64,000 bases of DNA from a virus: positions 66,034 through 130,033 of IMG/VR virus record IMGVR_UViG_3300022602_000039. The stretch is one strand, 5' to 3'. A program made the position numbers and the translations under genes. The notes under the pieces are model-generated. The model saw only the letters and a list, made by a program, of their open reading frames with translations. It was not told the DNA's origin and ran no database searches. Each line of letters opens with the position of its first letter. Position 1 is the first letter of the stretch. Of the stretch, positions 50,347 to 58,924 are shown one piece after another.

Positions 50347-50579
50347 AAGCGTGAATGAAAAAATAATAGCGCTTTAGCTATTCCTTGATTAACTTGCTTA
50401 GCACTCATTCCATTTTGCTCAATTAAGCGCTGACGTTCTGCCTTAAAACATTCAATAAACTCCTTAGAAAGCATTCCCTTTAACTTTTTAGGGTAAAAAA
50501 TTCTCTTACGTACATCAATACGATTTGGCATTTCCAAATCTTCCAAAATTAACTTAAAATGTTTATTAAAACTATCCAC
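50343..50579 (-). CDS. Hypothetical protein with capsid-targeting-like N-terminus
   Basis: MDSFNKHFKLILED; TAAATA upstream. Confidence 0.55.
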   Translation of the reverse strand: MDSFNKHFKLILEDLEMPNRIDVRKRIFYPKKLKGMLSKEFIECFKAERQRLIEQNGMSAKQVNQGIAKALLFFHSRF

Positions 50580-50583
50580 ACCA

Positions 50584-51327
50584 TTATTTAGGCGGCGGAA
50601 CTATAATATTACCTTTAAACTTCTCCCATTCTTCGTCTTCTAGCTTAATTTCTTGATGGTCTCTTAAGAGTTTTTCAATAAGATCTAGATTTTCAGTATT
50701 CAGTACACTGTTTTCATCATTAACCAATTCACCTTGATCATCAAGGTATAAGCGTATCATCTCTATACGTTCTTCTGGTGTGCCAAATATCTCAATAATA
50801 GGCGGTCTATCTTCCTTTGGAAAGAATGGTGATGTACCGGTTCTAAAGTATTGATGTGATAATGCTTTGAAGATATTATCAATTTCGTTAATAAAATTGT
50901 AATCAACTTCACGATTTTCTCTTGGAATAGGAATAACAGGAGCAGCTTTTGTGATAGGAAGATAAAAAATAATATCAAGCTTATGCATACTCTCCTGTAC
51001 TAAGGGTAAGCACTCTTTTATAAAATCTGCGTCAATATCAGATGTACCTTTTTCTTCAGCCCATAATGAATAAACAATATTATCTAATGGACAGCGATCA
51101 AAAATAACCTTATCACCTTCTCTGTAACTATTAAGATCCTTAACTAGTTCTTTTAAAATGGTTTTTTGTGTCTTCTTATTAGTTTCCTTATTAATAGGGA
51201 GCTTTTTCTTTCTTACAGCCTTACGATAACCCGATTCATGAGCTTTATAAGCAGGCCACGTTTTAACAATATCATTAACAAGGGTTGTTTTGCCCTGACA
51301 AGCTGATCCTACAATTGCAATTCTCAT
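50584..51327 (-). CDS. P-loop nucleotide-kinase-like ATPase (AAA_28/NadR-type)
   Basis: IAIVGSACQGKTT; IFDRCPLD. Confidence 0.75.
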   Translation of the reverse strand: MRIAIVGSACQGKTTLVNDIVKTWPAYKAHESGYRKAVRKKKLPINKETNKKTQKTILKELVKDLNSYREGDKVIFDRCPLDNIVYSLWAEEKGTSDIDADFIKECLPLVQESMHKLDIIFYLPITKAAPVIPIPRENREVDYNFINEIDNIFKALSHQYFRTGTSPFFPKEDRPPIIEIFGTPEERIEMIRLYLDDQGELVNDENSVLNTENLDLIEKLLRDHQEIKLEDEEWEKFKGNIIVPPPK

Positions 51328-51358
51328 TTAGCTTTATTTAGACCTTGATGTTTATAAA

Positions 51359-52192
51359 TCAAACACCTGTTGCACGATCCCAGGCGCTAATATGTAGACG
51401 TGTTAGCCCACGATAGCCGTATTTTTTTGCCATCTCGAGTACAAAGCGTGTTCTTTCATGATAATCCTCCTGACTGTCGAGACCTGGCATCATACAAATT
51501 CTTTCAAACGGTATTTCAAAAGGTTTAACAAAATCGTTAATAATTTCCTTAAAATCATCCTCTGTACTCACAACAAATTTAAATGAATAATTCTCATGTT
51601 CCATAATACGCTTGAGTGCGTCAGGTACGATGCGGCGATCACGCTCCATGCCAGAATTTGCAAGCTTCACAGAGCAGTTAATTTGATTTAACTGATTGAA
51701 TAAATAATCTTCAATATAAATTGAACCGTTTGTTTCAATTTCACTATAAGATGAAATTGCACCATATTGTAGTTTAAAGTTATATAAAAAGTTTGAAATT
51801 GCTTTTTGATGTTTAGGGATAGTTGGCTCACCGCCTGTCCATATCATATGAATTCTACCTGTACGTATCCATTCAAAAATACCTTGCTCGTTCCATGAAT
51901 CAATAAGCTCCTTAAAGCTCGTATGCGCACCTTTAAGCCAAACAGGTGCAGAATCGCATGTCCATGTTGCAATACCTTGTTGATGTAAGTCACCGACAAT
52001 GTTACCACCAGGTATATATCCCTCTGTTTCATTTACTTGTCTCTTAAGTTCAACTATAGCCTTACCACTAAATCCGCAGGCAAGATTACAATTTTTTAAT
52101 CTTATAAAGTATGCCGGTATACCAGTACTAATACCTTCGCATTGTACAGAATAAAAGTGCTCAGATAGCTCAAACGTATTATTATCACTCAT
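51359..52192 (-). CDS. queE: 7-carboxy-7-deazaguanine synthase (radical SAM)
   Basis: FYSVQCEG..TGIPAYFIRL..CNLAC...CDS; TGGEP; IETNG; SVKL; KFVV; MP; RLH. Confidence 0.88.
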   Translation of the reverse strand: MSDNNTFELSEHFYSVQCEGISTGIPAYFIRLKNCNLACGFSGKAIVELKRQVNETEGYIPGGNIVGDLHQQGIATWTCDSAPVWLKGAHTSFKELIDSWNEQGIFEWIRTGRIHMIWTGGEPTIPKHQKAISNFLYNFKLQYGAISSYSEIETNGSIYIEDYLFNQLNQINCSVKLANSGMERDRRIVPDALKRIMEHENYSFKFVVSTEDDFKEIINDFVKPFEIPFERICMMPGLDSQEDYHERTRFVLEMAKKYGYRGLTRLHISAWDRATGV

Positions 52193-52200
52193 TAAGACAA

Positions 52201-52228
52201 ATTATATGATATAATTTCTATTTTTCAA
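52201..52228 (-). promoter_or_regulatory. sigma70-type promoter of queE
   Basis: TTGAAA-16-TATAAT-8 nt-ATG. Confidence 0.7.
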
Positions 52229-52268
52229 CACTAAAGAAAAAAACCATACATATTACATAAATATTAAT

Positions 52269-52931
52269 ATGACATATAGTGGGTTTGTATATATTTGGTA
52301 TGATAGGCATAATTGTATGTTTTATGTTGGTTCACATAAAGGTAGTGTAGAGGATTCTTATATTTGTTCAAGTAAACGCATGTTAAGGGCTTTCAATAGA
52401 CGGCCGGGTGATTTTAAACGACGTATATTGAAATATGTGTTGAGAGCAGATGATATATTATTTTGGGAGCAATATTATTTGGATATGATACAAGATAAAG
52501 AATTACTTTATAATGGTAGTAAGTATTATAATGTGAAGCGAACTGCAGCAGGAGGTAATACAACTGCTCATTTACCAAATCGAGATGAGATTATTGAACG
52601 CAGATACGGTAAAAAACATAGTGATGCTATAAAGTGTGCTATTAAAAATAGAAGTAAGGAACGAAAAGCTTTACATCAACAAAGACGTAAGGCATCATTA
52701 CATAAGCTATATAAGGATCCGAGCTATAGCAATTATCAGGATAAACCGTTTAAAGTTTATATTAACGATAATTTTTATAAACAATATAGAAATAAAAAAC
52801 AGTTTATTTCAGAACATCATTGTGATAGATCTAATTTCATACAAAATTTTAATAAAGGTATATGGATAATTAAACAAAAACGAAATCACAATTTCAATGT
52901 TGGTGACGTTATTGGGTTTGAATTTATATAG
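52269..52931 (+). CDS. GIY-YIG homing endonuclease (Seg-like)
   Basis: GFVYIW...YVGSHKG...Y..SS...F.RRIL...E...YYN. Confidence 0.85.
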   Translation: MTYSGFVYIWYDRHNCMFYVGSHKGSVEDSYICSSKRMLRAFNRRPGDFKRRILKYVLRADDILFWEQYYLDMIQDKELLYNGSKYYNVKRTAAGGNTTAHLPNRDEIIERRYGKKHSDAIKCAIKNRSKERKALHQQRRKASLHKLYKDPSYSNYQDKPFKVYINDNFYKQYRNKKQFISEHHCDRSNFIQNFNKGIWIIKQKRNHNFNVGDVIGFEFI

Positions 52932-52987
52932 TAATAATGTTTTTTACCTTACGTAAATCAAGGCTCAAATTGATTAAATAATTGTAG

Positions 52988-53782
52988 ATGAAAAAGAAGA
53001 AGGCTGCGAAAGTAGCCCCACCATCGGGTGCCATCTCGGTTGAAAAACCAGCTGACACATCACTATATGTAGCCCAAAGAGAGAAAATTGATTTTACTCT
53101 CAACGTCAAAGAGCTTCCTTGGACGGACAAACAGAAGGAGATTATTAATCTCTTTTTAGATAAGGATACAAAATTAATGATCCTTAAAGGTCCAGCTGGT
53201 ACATCTAAGACGATTCTTTCCATGTATCTAGGATTACAGCTTCTTAATATGAAGAAAGTATCAGATATTGTTCTCGTACGTTCAGCTGTTGAGAGTTCTG
53301 ATTCAAAGCTTGGTTATCTCCCTGGTGATATCAATGAGAAGGTTAATGTATATATGACACCTTTTAATGAAAAGTTTTCAGAGCTTATCATTCAACCTCA
53401 CATTCATCGTTTACACAAGGATAATAGAATAACAATTTGTCCAATTAACTTTGCACGTGGTTTACACTTTGCTGTAAAGTTTATCTGCTGTGATGAAAGT
53501 CAAAACTTAACAGTAAGAGAATTACAAACTTTATTCACACGTATGGGTGAATTTAGTAAAATGATTATCTGTGGTGATCCAGACCAATCGGATCTTCCAC
53601 ATGGTAAATCAGGTTTTAATTCTGTTTATAAAGCATTTGATAATGATAATGCAAAATCCCACGGTGTACATTGTGTAGAGTTAACTGAAGATCACATTGT
53701 ACGTTCAGCACTCTGTAGATATGTAACACATGTCTTTAAAGACATTATGCATTCTACAATGTCTGTTAAGCAGCACCCATAG
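52988..53782 (+). CDS. phoH: PhoH-like protein
   Basis: GPAGTSKT, RSAVE, LGYLPG, ARG, DESQN, TRMG, GDPDQSD, IVRS. Confidence 0.92.
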   Translation: MKKKKAAKVAPPSGAISVEKPADTSLYVAQREKIDFTLNVKELPWTDKQKEIINLFLDKDTKLMILKGPAGTSKTILSMYLGLQLLNMKKVSDIVLVRSAVESSDSKLGYLPGDINEKVNVYMTPFNEKFSELIIQPHIHRLHKDNRITICPINFARGLHFAVKFICCDESQNLTVRELQTLFTRMGEFSKMIICGDPDQSDLPHGKSGFNSVYKAFDNDNAKSHGVHCVELTEDHIVRSALCRYVTHVFKDIMHSTMSVKQHP

Positions 53783-54182
53783 CCTTTAGTTCAGCTAAGG
53801 CAGCTAGGATATTATCCTGAGCTTGTTGAATATCATTAGATGTCTGATCTTTTGGTAAAACAAGCTCAGGTGTTTTAACCTTATCCACACCCGGTTCACC
53901 TTCAAAGTTGTGTTCTTGGGCAATCTTTGATAATGTTTGATTGAGCATTTGTTGCATAGGATCAGGTGGTCTCTGATCTATAAGAGCAGAAAGATTAATA
54001 TTTGATCCTAATAAACCTTTTGTATCGATAGCACCTTTATTCTGTACCTGAGATTTATATATGTTTGTTATATCTCCTGTTGGATCAAAGCTTGATACAT
54101 TTTCACTCTGTACAACAAACTTTGGTTTGAGATAATCGCTTATCTCACCACCGTATATCTGTTGTAGATGCTCAGCATTCAT
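53766..54182 (-). CDS. Hypothetical protein
   Basis: MNAEHLQQIYG...; start overlaps the queD stop. Confidence 0.6.
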   Translation of the reverse strand: MNAEHLQQIYGGEISDYLKPKFVVQSENVSSFDPTGDITNIYKSQVQNKGAIDTKGLLGSNINLSALIDQRPPDPMQQMLNQTLSKIAQEHNFEGEPGVDKVKTPELVLPKDQTSNDIQQAQDNILAALAELKAMGAA

Positions 54183-54871
54183 TAGGCACCCCAACTAGTA
54201 CCGCCAAATGGATTAGACCAACCTTTGGTTACCGATCCAGGTCCTACAGTTACTCCTTTTGGTGGTTCAGGTAAGGGTTGAATTTCAATAGGAGCTGGTG
54301 TTTCCGTTGGCTGTACGTTAACTTCAACAGTAGAAGGTATGTTAACTGTTTCTGTTGTAGCAGCTGCAGTAACAGGATCAGTTGTTGTATATGTGCTAGG
54401 CTGAGTAAAACTTGTTGAATATACAATTGGTTTTGGCTTACTGTAGATAGCAGAATTCGCTTCGTGTTCAAATACCTCAACTTTCTCCACCCAGCAACGA
54501 TCACCGTAATTCTCTTTGAGCCAATTTGCTGCAGCATTAAAACAATACTCAGCTGTCTTCTCTATACCGACAGCGTCAACAATACGAAGATCACAACCTC
54601 CCATATTGTGTAAGTGTTGAAATATTTCAAGAAGAGGGTCATCTTTAGCTACACACAATGTATGATCAAATTGATTTTGAAGTTGTGCTTTTAAAGTTTT
54701 AAGGCTTGCAAAGTCAACAACCCAGTTTTTCTCGTCTAAGGATGACGCTGCGAAATAAAACTTTGCAAGTAATTGATAACCGTGAATTTTTGAACAATGT
54801 GATGTAGCTCTCCATTGTCTAAATGCGCAGGATCCGAGCTCAATAAGCTTAGTAGATTGGTAATTACTCAT
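54182..54871 (-). CDS. queD: 6-carboxytetrahydropterin synthase with Pro/Thr-rich C-terminal extension
   Basis: CAFRQW...HCSKIHGY; WVVDF; FDH; E; VEVFEH..NSA. Confidence 0.88.
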   Translation of the reverse strand: MSNYQSTKLIELGSCAFRQWRATSHCSKIHGYQLLAKFYFAASSLDEKNWVVDFASLKTLKAQLQNQFDHTLCVAKDDPLLEIFQHLHNMGGCDLRIVDAVGIEKTAEYCFNAAANWLKENYGDRCWVEKVEVFEHEANSAIYSKPKPIVYSTSFTQPSTYTTTDPVTAAATTETVNIPSTVEVNVQPTETPAPIEIQPLPEPPKGVTVGPGSVTKGWSNPFGGTSWGA

Positions 54872-54879
54872 ATATGTAA

Positions 54880-54908
54880 ATTATAACTGACAGTTGAGAG
54901 AAAATCAA
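54880..54908 (-). promoter_or_regulatory. sigma70-type promoter of queD
   Basis: TTGATT-17-TATAAT-8 nt-ATG. Confidence 0.7.
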
Positions 54909-55016
54909 CTATAGACGGAAAAAGTATAGTGGTTGCCTTTGGCTCCCCAAACCCCGATGCGTTCGCTCACATCCAAATCTAAGAATACTTAATCACCGTC
55001 AAAAAATTGCAACTGT

Positions 55017-55196
55017 CTAGATGAAAGTTTTTAAAATACGATCGACTGCCTCATTAAAACTTTCATTTATACTAGCTGCTATTATACGAGCCTGAGCCTT
55101 CTTTCTTGTTACAGACTTTCCAGGCATACACTTTTTATTACCATGTTTCTTACAAACTTTATAACCACTCTTGACTTTTCTTATATTGTATGGCAT
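55017..55196 (-). CDS. Small basic protein
   Basis: MPYNIRKVKSGYKVCKK...AQARIIAASINESFNEAVDRILKTFI; start placed at MPY. Confidence 0.65.
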   Translation of the reverse strand: MPYNIRKVKSGYKVCKKHGNKKCMPGKSVTRKKAQARIIAASINESFNEAVDRILKTFI

Positions 55197-55200
55197 AATA

Positions 55201-56421
55201 TTACTTGATTGCACCTGGGCCATTGTATTTAGCCCAATATCCTAATAATTCTTGAAATGCTTCTTGATCTCTTAACCCGAGAGTTGATTTAATGTCATTA
55301 TTTGTTTTAGCACGTGATAGGAGGTTTATTTGCTGATCAGTAACATCAAATTTATCTTTTACTTCATCGTGCTTTAATGTAGCAATAATTTCATTTACAA
55401 ATTCTGTAAATTTATCATCACTTATATCTGTATTAATAATCCATGAACCCGTAGTAACTTTATGTAAGCCAACATCAACCGGCCATTTATTTTTCTTAAC
55501 TTCAGGCTCAGGAATCTGGTTACCGTTTAGATAGTATAGAATCTCTGAACGTACATTACCAGTATCCACTACTACAATTTTATCAACAGGTAAACCTTTC
55601 TGTAATGGTGCAATAGTTACAATGGCTTTACCATCCTTTACATTACCCTGTACATTTGAAACAGCGGCCGCCGTTTCGATATTACCTTTTAACGGTAACT
55701 GAATTTTAACCTTGTCACGTACACTTAAATCCTTACCGTCAGGTGGGCGTTCAAGCTTCTTAAGAGCATCCTTTATATTCTGATCTTTAATTGTCTTGTA
55801 TAAAGAGGCCATTGAATTACCTAAACCTTCAATAGCAGCACCGCCTTTCTTGCCTACAAATGCACCATATAATTTACCAACACCCTTAACAATATTTGAA
55901 GGTTTAATGGCAGCCTTTACTCCCATTTTTGTAGCTGTTGCAGCCTGACTTAGAAGATTGCTAAATACACCCTCATTAACTGTATCTCCTTTATCTGCAA
56001 TAAATGATCGATACAAAACTTTCAACTCGTCATCAGTTAAACCAACTTGCTTTAAAATAGCTTCAACTTCCTCTATTGTAGGAGCGTTTAATAGAATTTC
56101 AGCTTCCGGGGTTGATGTATCAAGTTCACATACAGTACAAATATATTCCTTAAAGGCTCTCAATGCTTCTGACTCCTCATCAGACATTAACATTTGTAAA
56201 AATTGCTGAGGTATATCCATCACTGATGATACACCATCCGGTGACATAACAAGAACTCTTGGTACATCGCCAGTTTCTGCTAGGATATAACCTTCATAAC
56301 CATCGCATTGTGAGAGATCTTCTGTTTGATATACAAGACTTGGATCTACTTTGATACGGACTCTCTTAAGAGCAGTTTGTTTTAGGCTATTCTCAATTAT
56401 TAATTCGTACTTCACTACCAA
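55201..56421 (-). CDS. Hypothetical protein (possible internal virion protein)
   Basis: 406 aa; TAAATA upstream; internal VNE-G site resembling head-protease cleavage sites. Confidence 0.6.
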   Translation of the reverse strand: MVVKYELIIENSLKQTALKRVRIKVDPSLVYQTEDLSQCDGYEGYILAETGDVPRVLVMSPDGVSSVMDIPQQFLQMLMSDEESEALRAFKEYICTVCELDTSTPEAEILLNAPTIEEVEAILKQVGLTDDELKVLYRSFIADKGDTVNEGVFSNLLSQAATATKMGVKAAIKPSNIVKGVGKLYGAFVGKKGGAAIEGLGNSMASLYKTIKDQNIKDALKKLERPPDGKDLSVRDKVKIQLPLKGNIETAAAVSNVQGNVKDGKAIVTIAPLQKGLPVDKIVVVDTGNVRSEILYYLNGNQIPEPEVKKNKWPVDVGLHKVTTGSWIINTDISDDKFTEFVNEIIATLKHDEVKDKFDVTDQQINLLSRAKTNNDIKSTLGLRDQEAFQELLGYWAKYNGPGAIK

Positions 56422-56430
56422 TATTTATTG

Positions 56431-56458
56431 TTGAAAGCAGAAAATTAGGTGGTATAAT
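56431..56458 (+). promoter_or_regulatory. sigma70-type promoter of folE
   Basis: TTGAAA-16-TATAAT-6 nt-ATG(56465). Confidence 0.7.
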
Positions 56459-56464
56459 ATGGGT

Positions 56465-57115
56465 ATGTCTGAATATACAAAAGAAGTAAAGCTCAAAGAA
56501 GCTAACGGAAATCATCCACGTACTGCTGAAGAGAAGCAGGCTATCATTGAAAAAGCAGCTGCTGCATACGAAGTATATCTCGATGCACTTGGCTTTGATT
56601 GGCGTAATGATCCAAATAGTACTGGTACTCCTAAGAGAGTAGCAAAGGCATTTGTAAATGATCTAGCTGCAGGTTGTTATGAGAATCCACCAAACATTAC
56701 ATCGTTCCCTTCTAACGGATATGACGGTATGGTATTCCAAGGTGGTATTCCTGTTAAGTCAATGTGCAGCCACCACCACCTTGCCTTTACCGGTGTAGCA
56801 CACGTTGCTTATATTCCATCTCAGGAAGGTCGTGTTATTGGGCTTTCAAAGCTTAATCGTATTGTTGAGCATTACGCACGCCGGCCGCAGATTCAGGAAG
56901 GTCTCACGGTTCAAATTCATAACGCGATTAATGAGGTATGTGAATTGAATCAAGGTGTAGCTGTAATGGTGAGTGCTACCCATACCTGTGCTTGTCTTCG
57001 TGGTATTAAGCACGATGGTTGTGAGATGAAAACATCTAAGCTTAGCGGTGACTTCCTAGAGGATGCAGCAGCACGCGCTGAGTTTTATGATTTCGTAAAG
57101 AATATGCGGAGTTAA
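56465..57115 (+). CDS. folE: GTP cyclohydrolase I
   Basis: TPKRVAK, SMCSHH, VIGLSKLNR, RRPQIQE, HTCACLRG. Confidence 0.95.
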   Translation: MSEYTKEVKLKEANGNHPRTAEEKQAIIEKAAAAYEVYLDALGFDWRNDPNSTGTPKRVAKAFVNDLAAGCYENPPNITSFPSNGYDGMVFQGGIPVKSMCSHHHLAFTGVAHVAYIPSQEGRVIGLSKLNRIVEHYARRPQIQEGLTVQIHNAINEVCELNQGVAVMVSATHTCACLRGIKHDGCEMKTSKLSGDFLEDAAARAEFYDFVKNMRS

Positions 57116-57540
57116 TCTCCCTGCTTTACATCAATAAGAGCGTTTATCTTTTTGACAAACGGCTCACCGATTAACACCGGCTGATCATTTTGAGCTCGAT
57201 CTGCGAGACTGAATGTGACGCCGGTGTAATGTTTTCCTTGTATAGTAAAATTAAGCTCAACTGTTGGTCGTGATTCTATATTACCGCTTCCAATATTAAT
57301 ATCTACACTGCCTGTCATCGGTAAAGTTAAGCGTTTATCCCTAACTGTTGTAAATGTTACTTCATGACCATGATGTTCAATATCTAATCCAAGAAGTACA
57401 TTATAGGCTTCATTACCACTATCAATCTTTGCTTCTACTTCACCGATACCTTCGATATCAATAATTTCGGTAACACCCAACACTGGTCTGCTTGGATGGC
57501 CTGCTGATCTACTTTCAACAAATTCTTTAAATGATTTCAT
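57112..57540 (-). CDS. Retropepsin-like (RimK-associated type) protease with capsid-targeting-like N-terminus
   Basis: AKIDSGN catalytic motif, ESRPTV, FSLADR, VLIG; start MKSFKEFVES. Confidence 0.75.
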   Translation of the reverse strand: MKSFKEFVESRSAGHPSRPVLGVTEIIDIEGIGEVEAKIDSGNEAYNVLLGLDIEHHGHEVTFTTVRDKRLTLPMTGSVDINIGSGNIESRPTVELNFTIQGKHYTGVTFSLADRAQNDQPVLIGEPFVKKINALIDVKQGD

Positions 57541-57544
57541 AATG

Positions 57545-57793
57545 TTATTTTTTCTTCCAGGATATTCGTTTTGAACCTTTTTTAAGTCTCTTTCTACTAT
57601 TACACATTGCTTTTGTCGGACGACAAGCTGGATAGCTTTTACGCTTTTCACCTTTCTGTCTACCACATGGTTTACCTGTCTTACAATCTACCCAGCCATG
57701 GCCGTGATTGCGAGAAAACCAACCGTGAAGACCTTGCTTTTTTTCTTTTGAAAAATCTTCAATAAGTATTTGTACGAGGTTATTAAATTTCAT
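57545..57793 (-). CDS. Small basic Cys-containing phage protein
   Basis: LHGWF...WVDCKTGKPCGR...YPACRP. Confidence 0.7.
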   Translation of the reverse strand: MKFNNLVQILIEDFSKEKKQGLHGWFSRNHGHGWVDCKTGKPCGRQKGEKRKSYPACRPTKAMCNSRKRLKKGSKRISWKKK

Positions 57794-57942
57794 TTCTTTT
57801 TCCAGATTTTACCCTGACGGCACTTAACAACAGCTCCTGACTTATACGCAGAAGTTTTTTTACCGTAGACAGAGTCAGCTCTTCTTAAGCAACGATCTCT
57901 CTTAACTTTCTTTTCTACAAAAAATTGTTTAAATGTTAGCAT
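57790..57942 (-). CDS. Small basic protein (50 aa, not in ORF track)
   Basis: MLTFKQFFVEKKVKRDRCLRRADSVYGKKTSAYKSGAVVKCRQGKIWKKK; overlaps both neighbours. Confidence 0.7.
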   Translation of the reverse strand: MLTFKQFFVEKKVKRDRCLRRADSVYGKKTSAYKSGAVVKCRQGKIWKKK

Positions 57943-58247
57943 TTCCATCTCCTTCTTGCTGCACATCCACGTGTATTTTTACCAGCACAACCTCCAGCTG
58001 GAATCCAAGCCTTACTACGGGAGCAAAAACTCTTTCTACGCTTTGATGCTTTAGATCCTCTCTTAACTTTACCAGTAACTGGAGCCTTAAGATGTGAGCC
58101 GGTAGCTCTATTATATTTTGCTCTACCTTTGGCAGTTAACCCACCGCCGCGTTTTACTGAAAGTTTTTCACCACGTCTAACAGATAAGCTAGGCGCTTTC
58201 TTTTCATTTAGGACTTCTATAAAGCGTGATTCAAATAGACATGACAT
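57936..58247 (-). CDS. Small basic phage protein (GGLTAKGR...RRKSFC type)
   Basis: GGLTAKGRAKYNRATGSHLKAPVT...RRKSFCSR...RRWKC. Confidence 0.75.
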   Translation of the reverse strand: MSCLFESRFIEVLNEKKAPSLSVRRGEKLSVKRGGGLTAKGRAKYNRATGSHLKAPVTGKVKRGSKASKRRKSFCSRSKAWIPAGGCAGKNTRGCAARRRWKC

Positions 58248-58284
58248 ACAATTATTTATGCACCTAAAGACTAAATAATTATGT

Positions 58285-58923
58285 ATGTTTGCAAAGGACT
58301 TTAATCTTTTAAACGAGATCTATAATCAACGTATCTATAAAGAAGGTACAGAAATGGGCAGTATTCTCGATGGGGTTGATGCATATGGTAATAACGGTGC
58401 AGTTAACCAAGCTCCTATGAGAGTATGCTTAAAGTGTAAGCAATCAAAGCCAAAATGTTCATGCGAGGCAAGTGAAGAAGATGATATGGTGTTTGCTGAT
58501 AAGCCAGCACACAGTGGTTATGATCATGAAGATATTGAAGATCACCGTGATTCTCATGAAACAAATGGTTATATGGCTAAGCAGCAATGCTTTAGAATCG
58601 CTAAGATGGCAGCTATGTTACATGAGCTCGTTAAGGATGAAGAAGAATTAGAGCCATGGATTGCTGCTAAAATTACACAATCTTTTGACGATTTAAATGC
58701 TGTATTTGCTTATAAAGATTATGAGCAATACAGAGATGAAGTAGAGGGGCATACTCAAGAAGTTGAAGAGGGTACAGAACAAGATTTTATCGATAGTATC
58801 AATCGTGGTGGTAGCAATATTGTTAATCAGATCAGACGTACTGTACGTCATGAATCAACAGAGACAATTGAAAAGGTTCTCTTAGAGTGTGTTAAAGCAC
58901 TTGAAGCTAAGAAGAAAAAATAA
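58285..58923 (+). CDS. Hypothetical acidic protein (possible internal head protein)
   Basis: MAKQQ...A..L..L....ELEPWIAAKIT; TAAATA 7 nt before ATG. Confidence 0.65.
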   Translation: MFAKDFNLLNEIYNQRIYKEGTEMGSILDGVDAYGNNGAVNQAPMRVCLKCKQSKPKCSCEASEEDDMVFADKPAHSGYDHEDIEDHRDSHETNGYMAKQQCFRIAKMAAMLHELVKDEEELEPWIAAKITQSFDDLNAVFAYKDYEQYRDEVEGHTQEVEEGTEQDFIDSINRGGSNIVNQIRRTVRHESTETIEKVLLECVKALEAKKKK

Positions 58924-58924
58924 G

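Noticed and set aside
54872-55016. preQ1 riboswitch upstream of queD
   Set aside because: No match to the preQ1-I stem plus A-rich tail pattern, and queD's own promoter lies downstream of the element; kept only as an unexplained structure
57541-57666. N-terminal extension of the protease ORF in the track (similar over-extensions at 42685, 43425, 49411, 55223, 60927, 61953 and 62607+)
   Set aside because: The extensions overlap upstream genes or promoters; downstream ATGs fit promoter spacing, gene coupling or the tag motif better
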